Shown: piece after piece, positions 1 to 11,814 of the stretch | Layout of the letters: each line of letters opens with the position of its first letter | How positions within the stretch are numbered: the first letter of the stretch is position 1 | Notes under the pieces: model-generated | What the model saw: only the letters and a program-made list of their open reading frames with translations | Databases searched by the model: none | Told to the model about the DNA's origin: nothing | Made by a program: the position numbers and the translations under genes | Source of the DNA: Microthyrium microscopicum | Lineage: Eukaryota | Direction of reading: 5' to 3' | Assembly: GCA_010405405.1 (NCBI GenBank) | Contig: MU004244.1 | Span: 437,895 to 501,894, forward strand | DNA: 64,000 nt

Positions 1-1175
1 AGGAGTAATGATTCTAGAAAGGAAGGAGACAAGAGCACATCTCCGACTGCCAGGTACGAACTTGTTGGGCCGGTGAAAGAAGCAGAAATTCAATCAAATT
101 TAATATTACAGGAGCGGGTAGAGGGATCAAGGAAGAGTGAGAGGCGGACGTGGCAGTAAATGGGGTCGGAATTACCCAAGGATTCTTTCTTAGCAATGTC
201 AAATTCTACAGGTAAATTTCCATTATTTCAATCTCCGCTACTGTTAAAACACGAGTCTTGCGGAGACCACGACAAGACATATTTGGCAGACAAATCTCCG
301 TATGGACCACTAAGCAACGTGGAGTGTGGAGGGACAAGCTTTTGGAAATTAACACCGTCCCAACGCTAAAGACGGCCGCCAATTCAGCCCTTTCTAATCC
401 AATCGAGCTTAGCTGACAAGTTGGATGGAGTAGCAAATTTCGCTTGGACCGACTTGACAGCCCATCAAACCTAACAAGTCCCAGATGCAGCGCCGTAGAA
501 ACAATTCTTCAAAACCTCTAAACTTGAGCCGCCAGGTCATGCTGTAGCCGCGTTTGTTCTCAAGAAGCCAAGCATCAAGCAATGATACCTGATCTCCAAT
601 ACCTATCCGAAATACGTCAAATACCAACAGGTACCCAGGTAATACTAGGAAAGAACCCAGGTTGAAAATCTTGATAAACAATCTTATCCCGACTCCTGAG
701 TCGCGTACGAATGCAGTGATGCAGTGAATGAACAGCTGTCATGGACTCATGGAAATTCCCACGCTGTTTGGACCTGAAATGTGCCGCCGATCCATCTTGA
801 AACATGCGCTAACCAATGTCAACTGTCTGCAACGGCGCCTTCAGCCTTGCAAACCAAGCGTGGAAAAGCCACAACTTTTAGGAACGTCCCCTCCACTACG
901 GGAACGGCGCGCTGAGCACGTCCTGGACTCCTGAAGGTCTTGTCAAATGCTTCCCCATCTTTTTCATCTTTTTGGAACTGGCAAAATGACTACCATCTGG
1001 CATCTAGTATACCAAGGATACACGCTGGACGATGACGGTCCTGACGGTGCGCACGAGATTTGTGTGTCGTGTTCATTCATTCTCAAGCATCGAGGAAAAA
1101 TATTCTAGAGCTACTTCAAACGCACCAGAAGCCTGGGCATGCCTCCTGCAGACAAGTATCATGTCTATGTAGACT

Positions 1176-3664
1176 TTACATGCCATTGCCCAATTCATGT
1201 TCCTAAAAAACAAAACAAGTTAGCCACTGATCAAGCACGACACAACAGACCAGAGTACGCCAACAGTGGAATCGTTGGTTTGCGCTTATTAACATACCTT
1301 GATATACTCCGCACCCTTTTCAAGAAACTCCGCTCTCGAAACAAAATACTTTGTATTGCCAGCCTCCCCTGCCCACCGGGCGGCTCCTCGCCACGCATCT
1401 AGCGATGCATCCTGTGCACGCCGGACCCGCAGCGGAGAGCCCGCTTCCAGCACAGCCTGAAGTTCTCGGGCCAGACGCTCTTCGAATCCCTGAAAGGTGG
1501 TGTTGCCGCCGGTTAAGAAGACGTCCTTGAGGAGATCTGCGCGGCTGGCATGGTCGGCGAGCCGCTCGTTGAGAATGCCGCTAGCGATTTCGACTATGCC
1601 GGCTTGATCAACGCCTGCGATGGCTGGTTGGAAGACTACTTCTGGAACACGGATGCGCTCAACGTTCAAATGGAGTTGGTTGGCTTCGCGTTGGCTTTCG
1701 GGGTCAAAGGGCCAGGGACCGCGTAGGAAGGCGTGCATGAGGCTCTTTGTCCAGTCGGTTTCTGCATCGCGGGTGTTTTCTTCTGTAAAGTTGGGGTCAA
1801 ACTTTAGTAGTTGGGACTCCACCTCCTTGAGAGCAGCATCGAGATCTTCTTCCTCTTCGTCGTCGCTAACATCATCCTTTTGGATGGTACGATAGATGCC
1901 CCAATCATTGTCATCTGCTCCAAAGTTATCATCGTCCCCTCCACGGCGGCGTTTCTTGGTAGGTGTATCAGATGCTAGATTTGCAATGTTTTTCATTCGC
2001 ATTTGGTTAGCAAGCGACTTTCGATTACCAAGATCGGCCTTGAGGCGATCTCGTTCCTTGATACGTTGTAGCAATAACTGAAACATGTTAGCTTGGTCCA
2101 ATCATCCAGAGAAGTAAATCATACGTTTCTCGAAGCTTGGCGTTCCTCAATCCATTGATCAGGATGGTTCTCTCGATGTTCATCATCCAATCTTTGCTCC
2201 TCTTCGAGCCTAGCCTTTTCTGCAGCCTTTTCGGCTTTGGCTCGCTGTCTCGCATCATATCCAGACTTTTGTAGACGCTGTTGTCGTTTTTGCTTGATTC
2301 CATCCTCATCTAGCTCCGCATCTGGAACCTCCAATAATGGGAACACTGGCACTTCTGCCTCTTCCGGCTCTTCACCAACATCCTTGTTTCGTGCCTTTTT
2401 GATCGACTTTTCCATCTCTTTGATTTTCTTGTCCAGTTTTTCTTCATTACTGAACTCATCACCGTCGAGTAGTCGCTTTGTCTCTTTCTTTGTGGTGGCT
2501 TCTTGGACCTTTTGTTGTAATTGCTTATAATAAGCAAGCTCCTCTTCTTTTCGGATGAGCTTTTCAAGGCGCATCTTTGCCGCTTGCTCCTGGAGACGAC
2601 GTCCACTTTCCTTTCGTTTCTCAGCAGCTCGCGCAAGCTCTTCCTCCGTTTTTTGAATAATGACTTGTTCAGTAAAAGGATGTTGTATTATCCGATCTCG
2701 ATCTTCGAGACCAGTCCAATCCAAATAGCTGCTTATTTCGTTTTCGTAATCTTGCGATATGTAGCAGTGATCTCTGACTAGGTCTTCCGCTTGAGGATCA
2801 CTGATTTTGCCAGGAAAGGAAGGATATTTGAGTTTGAGGAGTTTGAGTAGGTATTCAGCGCTTTGATATCGGCCCCAGTTTAGTCTGGCTGATTGTGAGA
2901 GTAGAGCTTTTGAGTTGACAACAGGTATGACGTGTGTGGAGGTATATGAGGAGGAGACGACGAGGCCGGTTCGACCTCCATTGTATCGGTAGGAGAATAA
3001 GGAATCGATGCCGTAAGCTACCGATGGAGCGCCGTAGCATTCGAATAATATTTCGGACATGGCTGTTCAATTAGCATGGTAATCGAAGGGTGTGGACGCA
3101 TGCTTACTCTTGCGCGCATAGCCTAGATTTGCAACTGGTTCTGTCATGACCAAAGGTCTCTCAATTGTCCCACTTTCACCAGCTATGCCCAATTTGACAA
3201 AGACATAGTCTAGTACACCTTCTGCCACGCTCCAATTATTGACGATATTGCTTCCTGGCTCGTAAATGTTCTTTGATTGGCCGCGGGCAGTACCGTCAGA
3301 GAAGACGTCTGACCCAACAAATGTGAAGCTTCGATTTATGCGCCGATCGCGATATGATGCCATGAGAGGTGGAAGGGTAATGCGCGGTCGCTTGTCGAAA
3401 GACCATCCTGCGCGGACAGTGGAAGAGCCTACGAAGAAGAGCCATTAGCTGTTGCGCATTGAGGCATCTCAGGAACGTACCAAAATCGATGACAATGGCA
3501 GTTTTCTCAGTGCTCTTTGCCCAGCCTTGAGTATCGATGGGTTTGACACCCTCAAAGGGCGGCTCATTCAAGGTCCATATTTTTGACGGAGCTGGCTTCG
3601 GCGAATTTCGACCGCTGTTAACTGTGGAATCTATCGCCATTGGTGTTGGAACAGCGGCAGGCAT
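1176..3664 (-). CDS. ARP5: INO80 complex actin-related protein Arp5
   Basis: Spliced exons 3664-3481, 3428-3108, 3062-2125, 2077-1298, 1202-1176, all GT..AG. Actin-fold motifs IVIDFGSSTVRAGW, LFECYGAPSVAYGIDSLFS, LNVERIRVPEVVFQP, VFLTGG and C-terminal KEHELGN; long charged coiled-coil insertion typical of Arp5. Confidence 0.95.
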
Positions 3665-4795
3665 TGTGGGAGATGAAATCCGATGGAATCAATTCATTAT
3701 GGTACGTCAAGGATAAGGTAAAGATGATGGTGGAGGGATGGCGCGTTGGCCGCTCTGTACCTTGAAGGTTGAAGCTTCCGACGTCAAAGATCCAGCCTCT
3801 TTGCTCTTTTGAGATCCAAAGCACGGACTCCAGAGGAACCAGGTGTTGAAGTATCACGGATTATGAAATTTGGTAGCAGCGAAAATAGTCATTTAATTTA
3901 CAAATGTACATCAATCATTAATTCATTCTTTCCCCAATCGACTTCTATAATGGATCCTTCAAGCTGTCCGTCGCTAAGATAAACGTTAGCAAGGCCAAAG
4001 CGTGAGATATATCATCGCGAACCTTCAAGGTGGAATAGCACGTTTGACTGATAATTCTTGAACATCTGAGCTACCAGTTCCACGTTCATATTCTGAATAT
4101 TGATCTCCTACTCAGGGCTTCAGTAAGACAATTAGCGCGTTCTCATGTTCCAGTCGTACCTGGAGGCTTTTGTTGAGAACCATGATGGACTCATTGAGTT
4201 TCTCCTGGACGTGCCGGTTAATCAAACGCGTCAAATTCACGCGCCATGGAATATTCATACCACATTCGTGATGATTCGAGATAGTAGGAGAGTTTGTTGC
4301 TGCTCATGGGGGCTTTCCTATCTTTCAGTGAGCCAAAGTTTGGAAGCGGGTACAGAATCAGCGGACCATTCTGGCAGCAATGAAGTAGATTCTCTTGCTT
4401 CTTGAAGGCCTAGACTTGCTTAGAGCTTGAGATATGAGTCTGGGCGCCAAAAATTGGATTGGATGCGATTGTCCACGATTTTTTCAACCCGAAGCTGCGA
4501 TTTTTCGGTCAACAACCACTCTCTCCAAAAGCCCAATGCGGTTAGTGCTCTTGGCACCACCAACGACTCCGCAGTTAGGTATTGGGATACATTCCAGCAT
4601 TCTCAAGCTTTCATCATCGAATCCCACAAGCTGAGGCTATGGATACGATGAACCGAATCCTTGTGGAACGTATGCTGCTTGGCCTGGTCTCCAAATCCTG
4701 GTAGACGAATAGTATAGGTGGACGGGAACCAGTCCCATTGCTCTCTCAAAGATGTCGCTCTCCATTGCAGCGTATCACAAGTCTTCATTTTATTC

Positions 4796-5359
4796 ATGGG
4801 CACCAGAAGAAAAGCCGCCGCGCTGGCTCTTCGAGTACTTATTCTGATCGTGTCAATGGCTTCCCTAGGCGTTGCCATCGCCTCGACTAAGCTCGCTCAT
4901 GACTACAAACCGTCCAACTCTGACTATGGCGGGTATACAGGCCCGTCAATCATCTACGTGTTTGTAAGTTCTAGCAACCTGAACGTTCTTATAGGTCAAC
5001 CATTTCTCAAAGATAATTTTGTCAATCTTGTTCAGCGCTGAATAGCTGTTGAGTATAAAAACGACACGATGGAACCTTCATTCCGCGGCACTGGCTGTGA
5101 TCGACTTTACAATCTGCCTTGGGACTACTCTTTCTTCAAATATTATGCTTGCTGTCCTTGGCTCCGATGGAGGATTGCCAATACTCACAGCGTTATTGGC
5201 ACTGTGTAATGGTTCAGGGTACCTAGGTGTGGCTAACCAATGCTTGTAACACACTGTTTATATTTGTATAGAGCTCTTCATTACGTCTCGTCGATACTGG
5301 CTTGCGTTCGTGTTTATGAAAGGCGAAGACAGGTCATTATAGATTCATCACAGCCTTAA
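4796..5359 (+). CDS. small multi-pass (about 4 TM, MARVEL-like) membrane protein; exon boundaries partly uncertain
   Basis: ATG at 4796 followed by hydrophobic ALALRVLILIVSMASLGVAIA; GTAAGT donor at about 4963; further hydrophobic segments in ORF 5049-5249; last exon ALHYVSSILACVRVYERRR ends at TAA 5357-5359. Confidence 0.5.
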
Positions 5360-5722
5360 ACTTGTACAGCATGAATATGATCTCTAGCTGACAAGCCAAC
5401 ATCAGTAGCGTTTGGGAGGGGATTTGTAGATAGTCATTGATTGGATATTCGAATGTGCCAATACGAATCTGAATCGCCTTGAATATAGTCCAACCAGTCT
5501 CTTCATCCAGGGTTTCTGCCATTTTGATTTTGATATAAAATGCTTAGTGCACAGACCACGCGATCACCATCAAGCTTGCATGTGAGGTCTCAATTCAAGC
5601 TCAACTGCTGAACCGCTTACACTCCATCTTCAAACCCAATAATACGAGCACGACATCAAAGAAGACAACCCTATTCTTCATCGAAATCACTGTGTCGGCG
5701 TCTTATCTGGCACCCTTTTACA

Positions 5723-6328
5723 ATGGCGCCCATCACCCAAGCCTCCGATGAGACCAACCACCAAGCCCTTCTAGACAAACTCGACCTCTTCGGCATCCCC
5801 AAACCCTTCCGCAATCCAAACTGGAAGCCTCCACAACGACGCAACAAAAACGTCAAGCAAATCATCTCCGACGCCTCGCGCAAAGAAGCCTCCCTCCAGG
5901 TCACAGGCACCAATAACAGCGGTTCCTCCACCCCTCTCGTACCCACCACCGATGGCGCCCTCACTCCCGCTGTCGCCGGTGCCTCTTCGAACGGCAGCAG
6001 TGGTCTGAATATGGCACACGCGACGCAGCGACTAGATCGGCTGGTGCTAGAACGCAATCAACAGGCAGCGTCGTTGGCGGTGCCGGGCGCTGCGGCGCTT
6101 CCGCAGAGCATGACGGTCACGTACACGAATATTGAGAGTGCGCCTTCGATGCATCCATCAAGTCAGCGGCGGTATTGTGATGTCACGGGGCTGTCGGCGC
6201 CATACACGGATCCAAAGACAAGATTGCGGTATCACAATATGGAGATCTTTGCGCTCATACGGCAAATGGGGCAATCAAGTACGGAGCAGTATCTGGCAGC
6301 GAGAGGAGCACACACAGTTCTGAAATGA
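5723..6328 (+). CDS. IES6: INO80 complex subunit Ies6 (YL1-C domain)
   Basis: KPFRNPNWK..RRNKNVKQI near the N-terminus and C-terminal TYTNIESAPS..RYCDVTGLSAPYTDPKTRLRYHN..YLAARGA, characteristic of Ies6/INO80C. Confidence 0.92.
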   Translation: MAPITQASDETNHQALLDKLDLFGIPKPFRNPNWKPPQRRNKNVKQIISDASRKEASLQVTGTNNSGSSTPLVPTTDGALTPAVAGASSNGSSGLNMAHATQRLDRLVLERNQQAASLAVPGAAALPQSMTVTYTNIESAPSMHPSSQRRYCDVTGLSAPYTDPKTRLRYHNMEIFALIRQMGQSSTEQYLAARGAHTVLK

Positions 6329-7107
6329 ACGATAATCATGAGATGGTTTTCGATGAAATGATGGAAAGAATCATATGTCTCTATTGCTTAACGGCCGTCG
6401 AAGCCAGACTCGCTATGGGGTATAATGTACGAACAACAAAGTCAAACCTCCTCTATGAACCACGAACCTTTCGGGACATGAATCGAGTGGACGCTCCGGC
6501 TTAATCGTGCTCACGGCCTTGGCCTAGGATTGTTCTGGGCTGTAGCGTATACCAATCAATATAGGGAATGGATCAGTTACAAGATGGAAACCATCATTGT
6601 TGCAGTAGCCGGTAGTCAAAAGCTCAATAGTATCAATTCAAGCATTTGCTGTTTAGACAAAAATATATCCGCGTGTAGTTCTTTGATATGCTCCAGCGAA
6701 CATGGCTCGGAAGCGGGCTGGGTTTGCGCTGCCCTTGTGAAATATTACGATGACATCGCAGTTTGCCAGAGTCGCTTGTCATCATGCCATGTCCGTAGAT
6801 GAAGTAGTATCGGCAGTAATACCAGTCAAAGAGGAAAGTTTGGATGATTTGTTTGCATGGCGGCATAAAGATGGGTAGGTAGTTTGTAGAAATTCACAGA
6901 AAGCCAAAAAGATTGAACCCATGTTGAAGCACGGGCCTCGGCCGTCGTAACTCCCGACGGCCAACGGATGATGTATCACCAAAACCTTGGAAGGGCAAAC
7001 AAGGCATAGCTCCAACACCACTTACTCTCTGGCCTCTTCTCATCATTATGGAGCATTCCTGCTGACCGTATACATCACAGGATTGAGGACTATCGGATCC
7101 ACAAGCC

Positions 7108-8670
7108 ATGGCATCTCTGCCGCAACCACAACGGTCTTCCGCCTCATCACGATCATCGCAAACATCCTCAGCCTTAAACTCTCCAAACTCTACAAGTCAT
7201 GAACAGGAAGACACCTTAGTCAACTCCTCTACGGAACCCGTCCTTCTAAATCCAGAACCTGCCTCCGAGAAAGCACAAGAATCAGACGCGTCTGCCATAG
7301 GACCTTCGATTCGACCAGATGCACAAAGACAAGATTCTGTAGATGTGAGAAGATGTTGGATTTGCTTTTCAGACGAAACAGATGATACTCCATTATCTTC
7401 TTCTTGGAGAAGTCCATGCCCATGCGCTCTAACCGCTCACGAGAGTTGCATCCTTGACTGGGTAGCCGATCTTGAAGGCTCGAATAATGGTCGATCCAAG
7501 AAGATTCAATGCCCACAATGCAAATCGGACATTCTCATTGCGCGACCGCGAAACCTCATCGTGGATGCCGTCAGAGGACTAGAGCTAGCTGCGAGTAAGG
7601 CCGTATTGCCTGGAATCCTTCTCCTTGGAAGCAGCACTATCCTATATCTCTCCCTTTCGTACGGAGTCATCGCCGTCCATACAGTTTTAGGCCCTTACGA
7701 CTTCAACCAAATTTTTGACTTGGCAGACTTGACACCAGCGCAGAGTGTTCGAAGACTCACAGGATTCTCTATATTACCATGGACGTTGATACTATCACGA
7801 ACATCCATCGCCGATAGCATTCTTCCCATCATCCCCATGTTCTTCTTCGTCACACAACCGCACGAAGATCCTCTCGTCGACATCTCATCATGGCCACCAA
7901 GCGCAGGCCTATCCTTTGCTCTTCTCCCCTATGCTCGAGCAGCATACAACGCCTACTACGACTACTTCTGGGCCGACAAAGTTAAGCGCTGGATCGAAGA
8001 AGTCAAGCCCCGCGCAACAACATCCACCGCCCAAAGCGGCGATCTCGAGCTCGAAATCGGCGTTGACGAAGATGATGATGACGACGATTTCAACAACAAC
8101 TTCAACGACAATGAAAACGAAAATGACGCCAATATCCAAAATCCTCTTGAGCGCTTCGATATTCCTGCCGACGACCCTATACCACCACCTCCTGCAGGTG
8201 ACATCGCGCACCCTCTCCACGAACCTCCATTAGACGCTCAACAACCCAACAACGGCCAACTTAACGCCCATCTTGACATAGCCGCCAATCCCGCCGCGCC
8301 CAACGGCATCCGCCACCGACGCGACTACAGCATCTCCGTCTCGCGCGTCATGCAATCCGTTCTCGGCGCGCTCGTCTTCCCCGGTGTTTCCGCAGCCATG
8401 GGCCATCTCCTGACGATCGTGTTACCGCGCAGCTGGACATTTTTGCCCATAACCAGCCGTAGCATTCTCGGACGGACGATTGAGACACGTGCAAAGCCAT
8501 GGCGGTTCTTGCAGACGCAGTGGGGACGGAGTATCGTGGGTGGATGTTTGTTTGTGGTGCTGAGGGATGCGGTGACGTTATATGTTAGGTGGAAGATGGC
8601 GCAGAGTCATCGACAGAGAAAGGTTGTGGATTATGATAAGAGCAAGGCGAAGAGAAAGGCCAAGTCATAG
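7108..8670 (+). CDS. RING-CH (C4HC3, MARCH-like) membrane E3 ubiquitin ligase
   Basis: CWICFSDE..WRSPCPCALTAHESCILDW..CPQCK RING-variant finger followed by several TM segments and an acidic linker; uninterrupted 520-aa ORF. Confidence 0.85.
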   Translation: MASLPQPQRSSASSRSSQTSSALNSPNSTSHEQEDTLVNSSTEPVLLNPEPASEKAQESDASAIGPSIRPDAQRQDSVDVRRCWICFSDETDDTPLSSSWRSPCPCALTAHESCILDWVADLEGSNNGRSKKIQCPQCKSDILIARPRNLIVDAVRGLELAASKAVLPGILLLGSSTILYLSLSYGVIAVHTVLGPYDFNQIFDLADLTPAQSVRRLTGFSILPWTLILSRTSIADSILPIIPMFFFVTQPHEDPLVDISSWPPSAGLSFALLPYARAAYNAYYDYFWADKVKRWIEEVKPRATTSTAQSGDLELEIGVDEDDDDDDFNNNFNDNENENDANIQNPLERFDIPADDPIPPPPAGDIAHPLHEPPLDAQQPNNGQLNAHLDIAANPAAPNGIRHRRDYSISVSRVMQSVLGALVFPGVSAAMGHLLTIVLPRSWTFLPITSRSILGRTIETRAKPWRFLQTQWGRSIVGGCLFVVLRDAVTLYVRWKMAQSHRQRKVVDYDKSKAKRKAKS

Positions 8671-9404
8671 AGCCATGCTTTGTAATGAATCATATGTCCT
8701 CTCATTCTTATGTTTTCTTTCGTGTTGCTGTTTTTCCCATGTATACATTGGTATTGCCTTTACATCATTATGTCTTACCTGCGCTACTTACCTGGTGATA
8801 GATGTACCATAGAGATGGCCACTGCGGCACCGGGGTTGACTTCAATAGTCTTGATACCATTGGCACCGAGCCAGAATAGAAACACAACGATAAGTTACTC
8901 CAAAGAGTTAGCACAATTTTGTAAGATTCGCTTGTCACTTGAAAGAGCAGCTGAAGAACGGTATTGGCACCAATAAAATATCCTTGAATTAATGTACAGC
9001 ACGAACTACTATGCTGGAGTGTCACTTTTGGACAAACTACGGATATTGTGCCCTCTCCACCCTTTCCTCGGCGTCGAACTCACTGGACAGGATGCGACTC
9101 GACTTACCTGGATCGAAATGAAACGCGGAAGCCAAACATCAGGTACTGAAGCAAGAGCTCAGCCACAAGTATGGAAACCCTCAACCGCCGCGAGGCAGGA
9201 GGAGAAACCAACTGTATGACCGGTCTCATCCCAGCAGTACCATCTGAACAACGTAAGCGCAACACCCTCACCAAGCAAGAAGGTTCATCAACCATCCAGT
9301 TGTTGAGCAGGTCTGTACAACCAACAATGGGACTACATCCACCCTAAGGCAGGAGTCGAGACCAAAGCGGGACACCACATACACTCAACGCGAGACTCTA
9401 AGCC

Positions 9405-10258
9405 TCATCCTTCCCACTTTACCCGACACTCCTCCTCAATCTCCCTCATCCGAGCCGCCGCCTGCGAACGACGATGGCGAACCACCGCGCGCATTTGGCT
9501 CTCAGCCTCTTGGAAAGCCACCGCTTCGCTCTCGCCCTTTGCCATCAGGGCAATCGTCACCGCCTGACGAAAGAGCTGTTGCTGGTGTCGGAGGAGTTTT
9601 TGCTGACACGATCTGCTCGACATCTTGAACTGAGTTGGGTGACCAGTCCAACCCAGCTCGCGAAGCAAGAGCATTTCGTGGGCCAAGCGGGCGAATTCCT
9701 TCTTCCCATTCATGACCTTCACCCAGTTAAACTTGGTGAATTTGTAGGTGGTGGTAGCTGGGGTGGCGGCAGCTACCTTGTTGGTGATGGCGGATGTGAT
9801 GATGGCGTAGAAGTTGACGGAGGGAAAGAAGGCGAGACGCCCCGTGTCGAAAAGGGCGACGACGAGGCCGAAGAAGACGATGGCGACTATGAACTTGGTC
9901 ACCGGGATTGACCAGAGGTCCAGCCAGAAATCGAGCCAGGCGAGGACCCACGCCAACCACGCTGGAAACACCGAGGGCATCACTTCCTCAATGCTCGCCA
10001 CTCCAGTCTCTACAGTGGCCAAGACCGTCTTGGTCGCAATGACCTTGACAGTCTCCGGCAAGACCGCTGAGAGTGTTCTCGTGGGAGATACGAGAACGCC
10101 TGGAGTAGGCGGGAAAGGCTCGGACTTTCCTCCGAACGTGGCCAGCATGGCCGAGAAAAGAAGGTTTTGTGCCCGCTGGGCTGTATCCAAAGTTAGCGAT
10201 TGTTTATTTAGCAATTGGATGGCTTATACGTACCGAAAGCAGCAACAGCAGCAGCCAT
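9405..10258 (-). CDS. orphan membrane protein (about 266 aa)
   Basis: Exon 1 10258-10234 (MAAAVAAF), intron 10233-10181 (GTACGT..GCTAAC..CAG), then the long ORF to 9405. Trp-rich hydrophobic stretch PAWLAWVLAWLDFWLDLWSIPVTKFIVAIVFFGLVVALF. Confidence 0.65.
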
Positions 10259-11661
10259 TGGCGCAGGAGGAGGAGGTGGTGGTTGGTGGTGGTTGTGGTG
10301 GTGTCTGGTTTTTCACTGTGTGAAGAAGTGAAGTGTGAGAGATACGGAGCAAAGATGAAAATTCGAGGGGAAGAAAGGCTTAAAAGCACCTCTAGGTGGC
10401 AAAGGAGTAAACAGAATGGAAAGTACGACATGCAGTCAAGTTTCAAAAAGGAAAGAGCAAGGCCCGTTGAAGATTCGATTTGGCAGGAACGAGGGTTATT
10501 GAGGATGGATCCAAAAGATTTATGGAAAGTCACGATGACTTGGAAGGCAAGAGCACCCCCTGAGATTATACTGTCTGAATTGAGTACAATCCGATTTGGT
10601 GAGGTTTCCCAAGAGAGTGAGCTGTCATTGAAAGATGTGAATAGACTGACAGAAATAGAAGCAATCGCAACAATACAACCAACACCAATGCGCGTATATC
10701 CATTACAACCAGAGGCAACACTGGCGTTCTGGACATCTCAAAGCGAATATCTTGCACCAATGATGTAATTCGCACTGTAATTCGCACGTTTTGCTCCTTC
10801 TCGCTTTGGTCAAACACCCACGCGATTTGTTCTTTCCCTCTCTGGCCATGCGCCCACGCTTTCATTCCTTCCACGTTCGCTGCTCAGACTCGGGTTTCAA
10901 CGTAGCATGGCAACCGGGCTTTTCTCGTGTGCATTGCTGGGGTCACGCACTCTGGCTTTGGCGTCGTCAAAATCTTCTCCCTCTCTCTTCAAACACACAA
11001 CAACTTTTGGATCACAGCGATCCATCATTCCCACCAGCGTTTACTGCCCATTCTTTATTTCTCTTCCTCTCCAGAGTCCCGCCTTTACTTGTTTCTTTCC
11101 TTTGGCCTCCGGCGGTTTGCTTGTCTTCTGACTCGCGCCGGGGTCTGGGATGCGGAATAGGATTGGTGAGCTACAAGAAGTTGATATAGAAACTGCGTAG
11201 CATAGCAGTACTTCACTAGTGCGTAGATATCAGTGGCCCAATATTCAACAATATACTGTCTTGTGCTCCCGTGACGTTTTCGTTTGTTCAATAATCTTCT
11301 GCCTTGGCCTGGTAAGGGTTGAATTTTGGGTAGGCCTTGCTTGATGGAATCGTGACTGCGACAACGTGGGTCATGCCTTGTCTTATATACCGACGACTAC
11401 AATGACAAAGGTAAGTTGAGTCCCTGTAGAGCGATTTGAAACCACTGCGAGTTCTTTTTTTCGAGTAATGACACTGTTTATTTAGAAGTTACGACTACCT
11501 CTCTTGCTTCACCAGTAATACATTAATTCCATCCCCACTGATAATTCGCGAGTGGTATCCCAATCACAAACACACTCTACCACCCATCTGACAGCTATGA
11601 ATCCCCGAAGGCCCAAGGTCCTATAAAGAGAAGGGCTGCGCTAACACACCGTGAGCCACAC

Positions 11662-11814
11662 TATTAGAAGATTACCAAAAGGGACAAAGGTTTGGTAGTA
11701 GAATATGAGATGGAATTTCACTAAGTCCTTAATTTAAAGATCTAGGGGCTGTCTACTACTTATATAATTTGTGCTAAGTTAGTATATCTTAATATTGAAT
11801 AATATCTTTAAATA
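11662..11814 (-). repeat. copia 3' LTR (153 bp)
   Basis: Direct repeat of 18260-18412, differing by transitions; TG..CA termini mutated to TA..TA. Confidence 0.93.

Noticed and set aside
14..1000. Chain of short overlapping minus-strand ORFs, possibly a decayed gene
   Set aside because: No recognisable motif or consistent splice model.
5671..6057. 128-aa antisense ORF over IES6, and similar shadow ORFs over ARP5, CYS4 and the orphan genes
   Set aside because: Explained by codon bias of the real gene on the opposite strand.
10169..11189. 199-aa and 132-aa plus-strand ORFs, and a TGTAATTCGCAC direct repeat at about 10764-10787
   Set aside because: Low-complexity promoter-like DNA with no protein features; the repeat is too short to interpret.
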